DNA of 64,000 nt from Alphaproteobacteria bacterium (lineage in GTDB: Bacteria > Pseudomonadota > Alphaproteobacteria > MPNO01 > UBA830): positions 2,400,001-2,464,000 of the forward strand of contig OZ251539.1 of the NCBI GenBank assembly GCA_965243135.1, written 5' to 3'. The position numbers and the translations under genes were made by a program. Positions within the stretch are counted from its first letter, which is position 1. Each line of letters begins with the position of its first letter. Below, piece by piece: positions 31,928 through 42,403 of this stretch. The notes beneath the pieces are model-generated. The model did not search any database. It saw nothing but the letters and a program-made list of their open reading frames with translations, and was not told where the DNA came from.

Positions 31928-32780
31928 TGTCAAGAACATTTTGAACTGGTACGCACCGAATTAATTGACCGCTTCCGTTGTGGTCCGGCAGGTAGACCTG
32001 CTTGAGGAAACGGTTGGCCTCGGCCATGTCGGCGGCGAGCCTGAGTTCCTGGAGCAGGCGCTTCTGCAGGGCGCCGAACCGCGCCCGCGGGCCTCGGGCG
32101 AGCAGGCGGCGACGTGCGCCGAGCTGGCGAAGGGCGCGCCCGACCCGGGTCGGGTTGTCCTTGTCCACCTTGCCGCCGGCCTCGGGCGTGTGAAAATAGT
32201 GGCTGCCGCGGTAGAGCGAGCGGAACAGCCCGCACTCGCCGACCGCCTCGCGAAGCGCCTGGAATGGGCGCCTTCCTCGGCGACGAAGAAGGCCGGCTCG
32301 CTGGTGGCGTCGTCCATGGTGACGCCCACTGCCGACCGGACACCCACTCGCGGCGCGAGCCGTCCTGGTGCAGCGCGCGCCGCGGCGCGGCCCGCGGGCG
32401 GCCATGGGCCTGCAAGGTCAGCCGGACGTAGCTGCGCCGGACGCCATGGCAGGCGGCCGGCTTCTCGTGAAAGTGCTCGGCGTTGAAGTCCCGGGTGTCG
32501 AACAATTCCAGAATCTGCGCCACCTCGTCCGCGTCGGCCCGGCGCGCCGAGACCCGGCCCAGGCGACGGTCATACAACCCTCCCTCCGCCTCGTCGCGCC
32601 AGCGCCGGAAGGTGCGCTCCGAAACGCCCTCCGCCGCCTCGCCCTAGCTCAGCACCACGGAGGCGACCGTATACCTCGAACTTCCTCAGTCCCTGTCGTT
32701 GTTCCGTCCGCCGCCACCTTCTTTGGTCTGGAAGCGTTCTAAGAGGGTACATGGACCGGACATACCATCCGTTACTGACA
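31928..32780 (-). mobile_element. Decayed IS1202-type (ISNCY) insertion sequence with both ends
   Basis: Ends TGTCAA (31928) and TGTCAG (revcomp at 32780); frameshifted fragments RRTEQRQGL, YDRRLGRVSARR, LHQDGS, VTMDDATS, SHYFHTPEAGGKVDKDNPT, CSPEARGR, EANRFLKQVYLPDHN. Confidence 0.85.
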
Positions 32781-32851
32781 TGGGGCCGCACGTTACGGCG
32801 GCGGCTGGACGCGTTACAATATCCCGGCTTCACGGCAATCGAAAGGTCGGA

Positions 32852-33190
32852 ATGGGCAGGTCGGAGTTCGCCGTAAACAGGGCCAAGGAAAATCCGTTCG
32901 CCGCCGGCGAGCTGAGGACGTATATCGCGACCTCGGCATCGGAAAGGCGACCGGCGGGCGGGTGCACGCTCATGTCACCACGAAGCCCTGTGGGGGGCGG
33001 GCTTCATTATCACGATGTCGAGTTCCAGATGGTGCTGCGCGGGACCTCCACCGTCTGGTTCGAGGGGCAGGGCGAAGTGACTTTCGAGGCCGGAGACTGC
33101 CAGGCCGCCCCCGGCACAACGTTTACTCGGACGATTACGAGGTGCTTGAGATCACGCTTCCCGAGGAAGACAGTGCAACTCGAAGCCTGA
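32852..33190 (+). pseudogene. Cupin-domain pseudogene
   Basis: LHYHDVEFQMV...FEGQGEVTFEAGDC in one frame and RHNVYSDDYEVLEITLP in another; small deletions. Confidence 0.7.
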
Positions 33191-33308
33191 CGCGGGCCGC
33201 CGAAGCGAGACTCTTGCGTCGTTCACGGATTGCGTTTATGCATGCGAGCATGATCTTGAGGAAGGTTCCGAAGATGACTGGAAGCACTGACCGCATAATG
33301 CCCCCCAC

Positions 33309-36300
33309 ATGCGCGGTTCCGGAATGATGGCCCGCTCTCCGGAAGCGGCAGGCCGCTCGGGCCGCGCTTCCTTCTCCGGCCCGTCCTCCCGGACGCATGA
33401 CGCGGCGGGAGCGTTCGTTTCCGGCGCGCTGGGCGCCGCGCTGCTCGCGGCGGCGGCGTTGCTGCTGGCGCCGGGGGAGGCGCGGGCGATACAGGAATGC
33501 GGGGCGGCGAGCCTTAACGCCGTCGTCACCTGCTCGGGCGCGTCGTATCCCGACGGCATCTTCTACGGGGGAGTGGACACGGGCAGGTGGCTGCAGGGCA
33601 ACAACCGTATCAACGTCCCGGGCAGCGCCGGCGCGACGACCACGATCACGGCCACGACCGATGGCACGAGCACGCAGTCGGTCGGCGTCTACGGGCGCGG
33701 CGGCACGGGCTCGAACGACTGGGCCCATATCATCATCGGGGGCGAGACGGACGGGACCCCCCACGTCGTGAACATCGTCCAGGGGACGAGCACGAACACC
33801 GACACCGACCGGAACAACGGCGTGTACTTCCGGACGGACGTACAGAGCGTCAACAATTCGGCGGCGACGACGATAGAACTGAGGCGCGGGGTGACCATCG
33901 GCTCGGCGACCGACCCGATGAAGCAGAACGGCCTCTGGGTGGTGCTGGGCGGCTCCGGAGGCCGAGGCTCCGGCCCAGCCACCATCACCAGCGCGGCGCC
34001 GATCTTCGCCGCCAAGAGAGGCATCCTGTTCGCGAGGAACGTCTCGAACATCACCGGGGCGACGACGATCACGAACAACGGCGCCATCAGCTCGGGGGAG
34101 GAGGGCATCTACCTGTGGTACAGCCGGGTCGTCGCGCCCTGGGTGAGCGCCCCCCTGTCCACCCTGAACACCTTCACCGGCGGCGCGACGATCACCAACA
34201 CGGGCGACATCGCGGTGTCGGGCGCGGACAAATACGGCATCGTCATGAACTACCGGGGCATCGGCGCCGCCGAGGTCGACAACGAGGGCGACATCGACGC
34301 GCCGCTGGGGTCGGGCATTCATCTCGTCCACGCCAACGGCGACTCCAGGCTGACGAACAACGGCGCCGCCACGCTGACGAACCGCGGCGCCGTCAGCGCG
34401 GCCACCCTCGGCCTCCGGCTCGAAAAGCACAGCGGCGCCGGCGCGACGACCCTCACCAACAGCGGCGACGTGACGGTGACGGCCGACGCGGCGGCGGGCG
34501 CGGGGCACGCCATCTGGCTGACGGAGAGCGGCAGCGGCGCCGTGACGATCACCAACAGCGGCGATCTCAGATCGAAGAACCACGCCCTCTACGCCGTCAT
34601 GGGCGCGGCGAAGACGGCCGCCCTCGCGCTCACGAACTCCGGCGCCGTCGCGTCGGAGGACGGGGACGGCATCCGGCTCGAGCGGGGCGCCGAGGGCGAC
34701 GTCACGTTCGCGAACGGCGGCACGTCCACGACCAGCGGCGACGTCTCGGGGCGGTGGCACGGCGTCTACGTCGGCAAGGCGGCGCGGATCGACTTCGACC
34801 AGACGGCGGGGACGATTTCGGGCCGCACGGGCGTCTACCTCGGGGTCACGCGCGAAAACGCGATGGGCGATACGCGCAGCGAGGACGCCGACGGGAATCA
34901 CGTGCCCGCGATCGACGTCGACTGGACGGGAGGAAGCATCGCGCGCGGGACGGCGGAGAACGACCGGGGCCGCTTCGCGGCGGCGACCGCCACGGAGGCG
35001 CTCGCCTTCGACCAGGAGGCGGCGGCCGGGAAGGCCCTCGAGGGGACGCTCCACTACGGCGGGCCGGCGGGGATCGAGGTCCACGCCCTATCCTGGCGCG
35101 ACGTGGCGGCGCAGGTGGCCAAGGGCGACGACCCGGGCGCGTTCGCGGACAACGCGGCGCAGATGGCGGCCGTGCCGACGGGCGCCACCACCGCCAACAA
35201 CGCCTACGTGGCGGCGTTCCGGGCGGCGCTGGGCAACGAGGAGATCGCGGTCGCGGCGCCGGTCTTCGCCGCCATCGGGACCACCGCCACGACCGCCGTG
35301 TCCCAACTGACCGACACGCAGATCGTGACGTATCTCCGGACGGACAACGGGGACACGCGAATCCTGCTGCGGAACGTTCTGGCGCAGGGCCTCTCGGACA
35401 AGGAGAAGGCCGTGCTGCAGGCGGTGGCGACGGGCGACGCCACGGCCCTCACCACCGCGCTCGACGACGCGGACGCGGGCTTCCCCAACGACTACAAGGC
35501 GGCGGTGCAGGCCCTGCTGGGCCGCCGCAACCTCGACGACATCCGCATCGCCATGACGGCCGGCGCCATCGACTCGCGCGGCGACGGCATCCGCGCCTAC
35601 TACGCGACGCCCCACGACGACAACGGGGCCATCAGCGTCACCGTGTCCGCCGGCGTGACCGTCAGCGGCGGCATGGCGGGGATCCACGTCGCCAACGCGG
35701 GCGCCACGGGCGCCGAGCGTAAACAGACCGTGACGGTGGACGGCACAGTGACGGGCGGGACGGGCGCGGCCGTTTATCTCGCGGGCGGCGGCACGCTGAC
35801 CGTCGGCGAGATGGGCAAGGCGCGCGCCGGCTCTTCGGGCCGGGCAATCCGGGCCGGCGGGCGGGCGGTCGTTCGCATCGACGGCGAGGTGCGCGGCGGC
35901 CACGGCGCCGCGGTGCCTGCGGTGCATCTGGAGGGCGGCGGCAGCAGGCTGACGGTCGGCCCGACGGGACGCGTGGCGCTCAATGACGGGGCCGCGCTCG
36001 CGATCCAGCGCGACGGCACGGAGACCGAGTTGATCGTGGTCCAGGATCCCGACCTCGCCCTCGAAGGCGGCGGGTTCACGCGGACGAGCGTCGAAGACGC
36101 GATCGAGCGGCTGGGCGGCGCCGTCGGCGGCGAGGGAGACGGCGACATCCACGTCGACGCGGGAGACCCGGGCGATCCAGACTACCCCAGCGGCATAGTT
36201 TTAACTCTCCCTGAGGGCGGAACCGCTCTTAAACCCGATGATTCCGCGTACGGCGAGTTGCCGGCGGCAAGGGACCTGGATCCGGAAAGCGGCGATGTCG

Positions 36301-38456
36301 TGGAGAATTTGAACAAGGAGAACGTGCCCGCCATCAAGGTGATCTCGCGAGACGCCTACAACATCGTCGTCAACGTGCCCGCGGACAGAGGGGTCCGTTC
36401 GACGGGCCACCATGGCATCCAAGCCTACTACGCGACGCTCGGCGAGAACAACGGGTCCATCAGCGTCACCGTCGCCGCTGGCGCGACCGTCGAGGGCGGC
36501 ATGGCGGGGATCTACCTCGCCAACGCGGGCGGCGACGTCACGGTCGAGAGCGCCGGGACCGTCGGGGCGGGAACCGACGGCATCCGGGTCGTCAAGCCGG
36601 GGACCTCGGGCGACATCGCCATCACCGCCGCCGACGGCTCGATCGCCGCGGTCGCCGGCGACGGCATCCGCGCCTACTACGCGACGCCCCACGACGACAA
36701 CGGGGCCATCGAGGTCACCGTGGCCGCGGGAACCAGCGTGACCGGCGGCAGCGCCGGCATCCACGTCGAGAACGCAGGACTGGATGCGGGCGGTCCCGGG
36801 ACGGCCGACGATCTCCTGAAGCAGACCGTCACGGTGAACGGCACGGTGACGGGCGGGACGGACGCGGCCGTGCATCTGGTCGGCGGCGGCACGCTGACCG
36901 TCGGCGAGACGGGCAAGGTGCTTGCCGGCGAAGGTTCTTCGCGTCCGGCGATCCTGGTCAACGATCCCGGACGGTCGGTGATCCGGATCCATGGCGAGGT
37001 CAAGGGCAGCGCGGGCGCGGACGCGGCGGTGGACGTCTCCGGAGGCGGCAGCATCACCGTCGGCCCGACGGGCAGCGTGAACGCGAACGGGGCGAAACGG
37101 GCGATCCTGGTCAGGCAGGGGACGACCGAGGTGGCGATCTACACCGCCGATGCCGCCGGCGCCATGCTGAACAAGAAAGGCATCCTTGACGCCATAGCAA
37201 GGGTGCAGGGAGGCTTCGACACCGGCACGGGCGGAACGATCGTCGACAGGAACGATGACGAGGGCAAGGTGACCTACGCTGTCGCCATCTACGAGACCGA
37301 CGACAATTTCACCACCGGCAGGTATCTGTCCCTGGAGCTCGACGAAATGGGCGAACCAACGACCGTGGGCAACGATATATACGCAGGCCTGGATGATTGT
37401 CCTGACCCCGGGCAGCGATTTGATGAGAACGGCGAATGCGTGACGGTCGGCAACGGCAATGGCAACGTGGACGACAACGGCGATGGCAACGGCGGCAACG
37501 TGGGTGTCCCTGTCGATTGCGCCCGTATGGGCGAGAGCTGCCGCCTCTACGAGGCGCTGCCGTCGGCGCTGCTGGCGATGAACGGGCTGCCGACCTACGG
37601 GGAGCGCATGGCGGCGGCGCGGGACGGCAACGGCGGCTGGGCGCGAATCGACGGCGCGAGCGGCGAGTGGAAGGGGAAGAGCTCGACGCCCTCGACGCCG
37701 CCGGACGCGGCCTTCGACTACCGACGGTACGGCGTGCGGGCGGGGGTGGACTTCGCCGTGGGCAACGACGGGCGGTTCGGCGTGTCGGTGCGCGGGCTGC
37801 AGGGCTCTGCGGAGATTGCGGGGGCCGGCGGCGAGATCGAGCTGTCGGGGGTCGGCGCGGGCGCGCACGGCACGGCGTTCCTCGGCGGCGGCTTCCACGT
37901 GGACGCGCAGGCGATGGCGACCTGGTACGACGTCAAGCTGACCGCCAGCCAAAGGGACATACAGGGCGAGATGCGGAAGAGGGTTCTGAAGGACGGCGCG
38001 AAGGCTCTGGGGCTGGCCCTCCGCGTCGAGGTCGGGCGGCGGACGGACATGGGCGGCGGTCTGACCGTGACGCCCGGCGCCGGCCTCTCCTGGTCCGAGG
38101 TGGACATGAGCTTCGCGCGAAGCGCCAACGAGCGCGTGTCGGTGGAGGACGCGCGGAGCCTCGTGGGCCGCGCCGGGCTGCGCGTCGAGATGGAGGCCGG
38201 CTTCCGGCTGTTCGGCTCGGTGGAGGCGACGCATGAGTTCTCGGACAGGAGGTCGGCGCGGATCTCGGGTAAGCAGGTGGCATCGACGCCGCTGAGCGCG
38301 ACCGAGGCGGAGAAGACGGGGTTCCGCCTCGGGGCCGGCGGCGCGCGCAGCTGGGAGGACGGGCGCTACGCGCTGCGCGCCTCCGCCGGATACGCCGCCC
38401 GCGGCATCGGCAACGGCGAATTCGACGGCGGAATCAGCCTCGCGATGCGCTTCTGA
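33309..38456 (+). CDS. Large autotransporter (type Va), adhesin-like, with beta-rich passenger
   Basis: 1715 aa; signal peptide ending GEARA; G/T/A/N-rich xTNxG repeats; C-terminal beta-barrel-like domain ending GGISLAMRF (start may be ATG 33324). Confidence 0.88.
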   Translation: MRGSGMMARSPEAAGRSGRASFSGPSSRTHDAAGAFVSGALGAALLAAAALLLAPGEARAIQECGAASLNAVVTCSGASYPDGIFYGGVDTGRWLQGNNRINVPGSAGATTTITATTDGTSTQSVGVYGRGGTGSNDWAHIIIGGETDGTPHVVNIVQGTSTNTDTDRNNGVYFRTDVQSVNNSAATTIELRRGVTIGSATDPMKQNGLWVVLGGSGGRGSGPATITSAAPIFAAKRGILFARNVSNITGATTITNNGAISSGEEGIYLWYSRVVAPWVSAPLSTLNTFTGGATITNTGDIAVSGADKYGIVMNYRGIGAAEVDNEGDIDAPLGSGIHLVHANGDSRLTNNGAATLTNRGAVSAATLGLRLEKHSGAGATTLTNSGDVTVTADAAAGAGHAIWLTESGSGAVTITNSGDLRSKNHALYAVMGAAKTAALALTNSGAVASEDGDGIRLERGAEGDVTFANGGTSTTSGDVSGRWHGVYVGKAARIDFDQTAGTISGRTGVYLGVTRENAMGDTRSEDADGNHVPAIDVDWTGGSIARGTAENDRGRFAAATATEALAFDQEAAAGKALEGTLHYGGPAGIEVHALSWRDVAAQVAKGDDPGAFADNAAQMAAVPTGATTANNAYVAAFRAALGNEEIAVAAPVFAAIGTTATTAVSQLTDTQIVTYLRTDNGDTRILLRNVLAQGLSDKEKAVLQAVATGDATALTTALDDADAGFPNDYKAAVQALLGRRNLDDIRIAMTAGAIDSRGDGIRAYYATPHDDNGAISVTVSAGVTVSGGMAGIHVANAGATGAERKQTVTVDGTVTGGTGAAVYLAGGGTLTVGEMGKARAGSSGRAIRAGGRAVVRIDGEVRGGHGAAVPAVHLEGGGSRLTVGPTGRVALNDGAALAIQRDGTETELIVVQDPDLALEGGGFTRTSVEDAIERLGGAVGGEGDGDIHVDAGDPGDPDYPSGIVLTLPEGGTALKPDDSAYGELPAARDLDPESGDVVENLNKENVPAIKVISRDAYNIVVNVPADRGVRSTGHHGIQAYYATLGENNGSISVTVAAGATVEGGMAGIYLANAGGDVTVESAGTVGAGTDGIRVVKPGTSGDIAITAADGSIAAVAGDGIRAYYATPHDDNGAIEVTVAAGTSVTGGSAGIHVENAGLDAGGPGTADDLLKQTVTVNGTVTGGTDAAVHLVGGGTLTVGETGKVLAGEGSSRPAILVNDPGRSVIRIHGEVKGSAGADAAVDVSGGGSITVGPTGSVNANGAKRAILVRQGTTEVAIYTADAAGAMLNKKGILDAIARVQGGFDTGTGGTIVDRNDDEGKVTYAVAIYETDDNFTTGRYLSLELDEMGEPTTVGNDIYAGLDDCPDPGQRFDENGECVTVGNGNGNVDDNGDGNGGNVGVPVDCARMGESCRLYEALPSALLAMNGLPTYGERMAAARDGNGGWARIDGASGEWKGKSSTPSTPPDAAFDYRRYGVRAGVDFAVGNDGRFGVSVRGLQGSAEIAGAGGEIELSGVGAGAHGTAFLGGGFHVDAQAMATWYDVKLTASQRDIQGEMRKRVLKDGAKALGLALRVEVGRRTDMGGGLTVTPGAGLSWSEVDMSFARSANERVSVEDARSLVGRAGLRVEMEAGFRLFGSVEATHEFSDRRSARISGKQVASTPLSATEAEKTGFRLGAGGARSWEDGRYALRASAGYAARGIGNGEFDGGISLAMRF

Positions 38457-38796
38457 AACCGCGGCGGGCCCGCCTCGTTTTGCGCGGACCGGGCGAAAGT
38501 TCGCGGTCCGACGAAAACGAAAGAATTCGCAGCCGGAAACCCGGGAGGCGGGCGACGCCGCCCGGGAAGCGGCGGAGGACGCGGATATTCCGTCGACGGC
38601 GACCGAATTCCAGCGACCGGGGCCGGCGCGACGAAACGAGACGGGCCGCCGGACAGGGCCGAAGTTCGGCAGGGAAGGCCCGGCGAAGCAGGGCCTCGGC
38701 GTTCGTTTCGGGGGCCAGCTACCTGTTGCGGTTCCGTCGCCGACAAGGCGGCGGGCGGGATCCTTGTCTTCTACGTCGAGTTCCAGGGGCTGCAGT

Positions 38797-38935
38797 TCGC
38801 CGCCTCGCCCTGCTCAGCACCACGGGTGCGACACCTCCTTCCTCGATCCCTGTCGCCGTTCCGTCCACCGCCGCCTCCTTGGTCTGGAAGCGTTCAAAGA
38901 GATCAATGGACCGGACATATCATCCGTTGCTGACA
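38797..38935 (-). mobile_element. Left-end fragment of a second IS1202-type copy
   Basis: About 140 bp similar to 32635-32780 (GCTCAGCACCACGG, TTGGTCTGGAAGCGTTC, ATGGACCGGACAT, CATCCGTT, CTGACA). Confidence 0.82.
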
Positions 38936-39007
38936 TCCGGGGACGCGACGTTGCCGGACGGCGAATTTGCGCTATCATCGCCCGAACGCTGGAGAAAGAC
39001 GACCGTT

Positions 39008-39703
39008 ATGCGGGACTTCGAGGATCATTGCTGGCGCGACGTCGTTTCGCCGGAAACGCTCAAGGTCTACGAGCCCTATCGCCGGGAGGTGTTCGTCGGA
39101 CCCCGCGCCGCGCTGCTGGCCATCGACCTCTACAACTTCGTCTACCGCGGCGACCCCGCGAAGTATCCCCACGAACTGGTCGACCGTTATCCGAACGCAT
39201 GCGGCAAGTACGCCTGGGACGCCGTCGAACCGACCAAGCGGCTGTTCGCCGCCTGCCGGGCGGCGGACTTGCCGATTCTCTACGTCACCGGATCGGTGCG
39301 GAAAGGCCGGGTGCGCTCCACCAACAGGCAGACCGGATACGACGTCGGCGACGAGATGATGGACATACATCCAGCCTTCGCCCCGCAGGACGGAGACATC
39401 GTCATCCGCAAGGAACGCGCGAGCGCTTTCCACTCGACGCCGCTGATCGCGCACCTCACCCGGCTCGGCGTCTCGAGCCTCGTCGTGTGCGGCGAGAGCA
39501 CGTCCGGATGCGTCCGCGCCTCGGTCGTGGACGCCTACTCCAACGGCTATCACGTCGCCGTCGCCGAGGAATGCGTGTTCGATCGGTCCGAGCTGTCGCA
39601 CAAGGTGAATCTCTTCGACATGCACCACAAGTACGCCGACGTCATGGCGCTCGACGACATCGTTTCCCATCTGAACCGGAACGCCGCGCTGGCGGCGGAG
39701 TGA
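39008..39703 (+). CDS. Isochorismatase/cysteine hydrolase family amidohydrolase
   Basis: ALLAID, RKERASAF, GESTSGCVRASVVDA. Confidence 0.9.
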   Translation: MRDFEDHCWRDVVSPETLKVYEPYRREVFVGPRAALLAIDLYNFVYRGDPAKYPHELVDRYPNACGKYAWDAVEPTKRLFAACRAADLPILYVTGSVRKGRVRSTNRQTGYDVGDEMMDIHPAFAPQDGDIVIRKERASAFHSTPLIAHLTRLGVSSLVVCGESTSGCVRASVVDAYSNGYHVAVAEECVFDRSELSHKVNLFDMHHKYADVMALDDIVSHLNRNAALAAE

Positions 39704-39711
39704 GGAAAAAC

Positions 39712-40251
39712 ATGGAAACCGCGATCGACAGGAACCGGCAGGAGCTGGACGCGTCCCTCGACAGGCACTGCAAGACTTTCGAGACCCGCAATCCGAGCTG
39801 GCGGGTTTGGGGATTCGAAACCAAGGTCGACGAGAAATACGCCCGGTCGCAGCGGCGCTATCTCGGCACGAGCGGCAACGTGACCCATGACGACCCCGAC
39901 GCGCTGATGGGCTCCAGCTTCACGCTCAGCGTGCTCCAGATGCCGCCGGGCAATGCGCAGCCGATGCACCGCCACGACAGCGAGGAAGAAGTCTTCTTCG
40001 TGCTTCAGGGCAACCCGACGGTCGTCTGGGAACGGGAGGGAGAGGTGATCGAACGCCGGCTGGCGCCCTGGGACATGATCTACAACCCGCCGGGCCAGGT
40101 TCACTGCATCCGCAACGACACCGACGAAGACTGCTACTTCCAGGTCATGCTCGGCAACCCGAAGCCCGACCGGCCGCTCTACATGGATCCGGAACTCCGG
40201 CGGCTTCAGACGCTCGACCGCCCCGATTCCGAACTTCGCGGCAATCAGTGA
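39712..40251 (+). CDS. Cupin domain protein
   Basis: PMHRHDSEEEVFFVLQG ... PPGQVHCIRN. Confidence 0.88.
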   Translation: METAIDRNRQELDASLDRHCKTFETRNPSWRVWGFETKVDEKYARSQRRYLGTSGNVTHDDPDALMGSSFTLSVLQMPPGNAQPMHRHDSEEEVFFVLQGNPTVVWEREGEVIERRLAPWDMIYNPPGQVHCIRNDTDEDCYFQVMLGNPKPDRPLYMDPELRRLQTLDRPDSELRGNQ

Positions 40252-40285
40252 ACCCGCCCCGGAGTATCGGCGAAAGGGGACGAGC

Positions 40286-41281
40286 GTGTCGAAAAAGCTA
40301 AAGCTCACCCTCGCATGCGGCGACTACGAAATCGTCCGCGCCCTGAAGGAGGGCAGCGTCGCGCCCGACGGCGTCGAGCTCAACGTGCTGACGGGCATGG
40401 ACTCGTCGACGCGGCACTGGCGCATGATCCGGAACCGGGAGTTCGACGTTTGCGAACTTTCCGGCTCCTCCTACCTGATGGCCAAGGATCGCGGCTACCC
40501 GTTCACGGCGATCCCCGTCTTCCTGCATCGCCGCTTCCGGCACGGCTTCGTCTTCGTCAACGCCATGAAGGAAATCGGCAAGCCGCAAGATCTGAACGGC
40601 AGGAAGGTCGGACTCAAGACCTACCAGACGACGGCGACTCTCTATCTTCGAGGGCTGCTCGCCGGCGAGTACGGGGTCGACCTCGCGTCCATCGAATGGG
40701 TCACGGAACTGGAAGAGGAAATACCCTTCGATCCCCCTCCCGGCATCCGTCTCTCGCGCGCCGCGCCGGGAGCCGACGTCTCCGAAATGCTCGCAGATGG
40801 CGAACTCGACGCGCTGCTTCACCCCGACATCGTCGCTCCCGTCCTGCGCCGCGACGACCGCGTGGCGCGGCTGTTCGAGAACTATCGGGCCGAGGAAGAG
40901 GCGTATTTCAGGCGAACCGGGATTTTTCCGATCATGCACGTGACGGCGATTCGGGACGAGATCCTGGACGAGCATCCATGGGTCGCCAGCAATCTGGCGC
41001 GGGCGTTCGAACAGGCGAAGCAGGCCGCCTACCGAAGGATCGCCAATCCGCGCATCGTGCCCCTCGCCTGGTATATGGACGAATGGGAGTCGCAGCGCGC
41101 GCTCATGGGACCGGACCCCTGGGAATACGGACTGACGCCTTCGAACCGAAAGAATTTCGAGAATTTGATCGGTTACTCGAAGGCCGGCGGGCTGATATCG
41201 GAATCCCGAACGATCGATGACTTCTTCGCGGACGTGATGCTCGAAAGCCGCGGCAGGGGCGAGTGGGCGCAGCCCTCCTGA
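40286..41281 (+). CDS. 4,5-dihydroxyphthalate decarboxylase-like protein (periplasmic-binding fold)
   Basis: LTLACGDYE, FDVCELS, AIPVFLHRRFRHG, TGIFPIMH, DPWEYG. Confidence 0.75.
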   Translation: MSKKLKLTLACGDYEIVRALKEGSVAPDGVELNVLTGMDSSTRHWRMIRNREFDVCELSGSSYLMAKDRGYPFTAIPVFLHRRFRHGFVFVNAMKEIGKPQDLNGRKVGLKTYQTTATLYLRGLLAGEYGVDLASIEWVTELEEEIPFDPPPGIRLSRAAPGADVSEMLADGELDALLHPDIVAPVLRRDDRVARLFENYRAEEEAYFRRTGIFPIMHVTAIRDEILDEHPWVASNLARAFEQAKQAAYRRIANPRIVPLAWYMDEWESQRALMGPDPWEYGLTPSNRKNFENLIGYSKAGGLISESRTIDDFFADVMLESRGRGEWAQPS

Positions 41282-41299
41282 CGGGAACGCGAAGTTTCG

Positions 41300-42160
41300 T
41301 CAACGAGGCCTCTGCGTTCCGACGACGGTCGTGCGCCTCAACAACCGACGCTCGTCCTCTGGAAAATCCGTCCGGGCGTGCGTAACGCAGCGATTGTCCC
41401 ACATGACCAGATCGCCCGGCCGCCAGACATGCTCGTAGACGAGCGAACGATCCTCCGATACGTCGAACAGTTCTTCAAGCAACGCGTCGCTCTCCGCAGG
41501 TTCGAGCCCTTCGATCCGCGCCGTCATCAGGCGGTTGACGTAAACCGCCCTGCGGCCCGTTTCCGGGTGAGTCGCGAACACCGGGTGCGCGAAGTTGCCG
41601 ATTTTCGTCAGATCGAGGTCGCTGCCCGGCCGGTCGGTTCTCTTGTAGTCGTGAACGTTGAGCGCCTTGAGGCCGTCGAGCCGGCGGCGCGTCGAAATGG
41701 AGAGATTTTCGTAGGCGCCGTACATGTCGGCGAACAGCGTGTTGCCGCCGGTCGAAGGTAACTCGACCGCGTACAGCAGCGTCGCGGCGTGGGGAACCTC
41801 GACGTAACACATGTCGCTGTGAAACCACATCTCGCCGTCGTGCGGAAGGCCGAGCGGCTTGCCGTCCACCCTGACGTTGGAAACGATCATGACTTCGGGC
41901 GGCAAATCCCTGACGATGTCCCGCGCCGCCTGCGCCGGCATTCGCGGGCGCCCGGGTTCGCCGAGTCGCGCAGTGAAATCGACCTGCTGCCGGGGCGACA
42001 GATCCTGATCGCGAAACACCAGCACCTGCCGACGGTGCCAAGCGTCAAGGATATCCTCTACCGCTCCGCGATCGAGCCTTTCGCGAAGATCGAGACCCCT
42101 GATTTCCGCGCCGAGCGGAGCGTCCAGGTCGCGGATGTCCAAGCTGAGTTTCGTCGCCAT
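41300..42160 (-). CDS. TauD/TfdA family 2-oxoglutarate dioxygenase
   Basis: [36 protein letters not shown]. Confidence 0.92.
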   Translation of the reverse strand: MATKLSLDIRDLDAPLGAEIRGLDLRERLDRGAVEDILDAWHRRQVLVFRDQDLSPRQQVDFTARLGEPGRPRMPAQAARDIVRDLPPEVMIVSNVRVDGKPLGLPHDGEMWFHSDMCYVEVPHAATLLYAVELPSTGGNTLFADMYGAYENLSISTRRRLDGLKALNVHDYKRTDRPGSDLDLTKIGNFAHPVFATHPETGRRAVYVNRLMTARIEGLEPAESDALLEELFDVSEDRSLVYEHVWRPGDLVMWDNRCVTHARTDFPEDERRLLRRTTVVGTQRPR

Positions 42161-42403
42161 GTCGCCTCCAGTATCGCAGCCGGAGCGGCCGCGCCGCGCA
42201 AAGGCAGTTTACTGCCCCCGTGCGGCCAACGCCATTTTTTTGACCTCCTCCCGAACCGAACCGCGCAGAGCAGGCCGGCGCGAACCGCCCGGCGGCGCCG
42301 GTTCGCCGCGAGCCGAGGGTGCCGGACGGACGGCAGCGCCGCTTCCCGGGACCATTCTTTATCGTTGGCCAGCCCTTCGCGAGCGTCTATCTTGCGTCTC
42401 GCG

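Larger units (their letters stand above)
31913..38950. repeat. 14/15-bp direct repeat (putative TSD) flanking a 7.0-kb composite element
   Basis: TCCGGGGACGCGACA (31913-31927) and TCCGGGGACGCGACG (38936-38950), each abutting an IS terminal TGTCA/TGACA. Confidence 0.8.
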
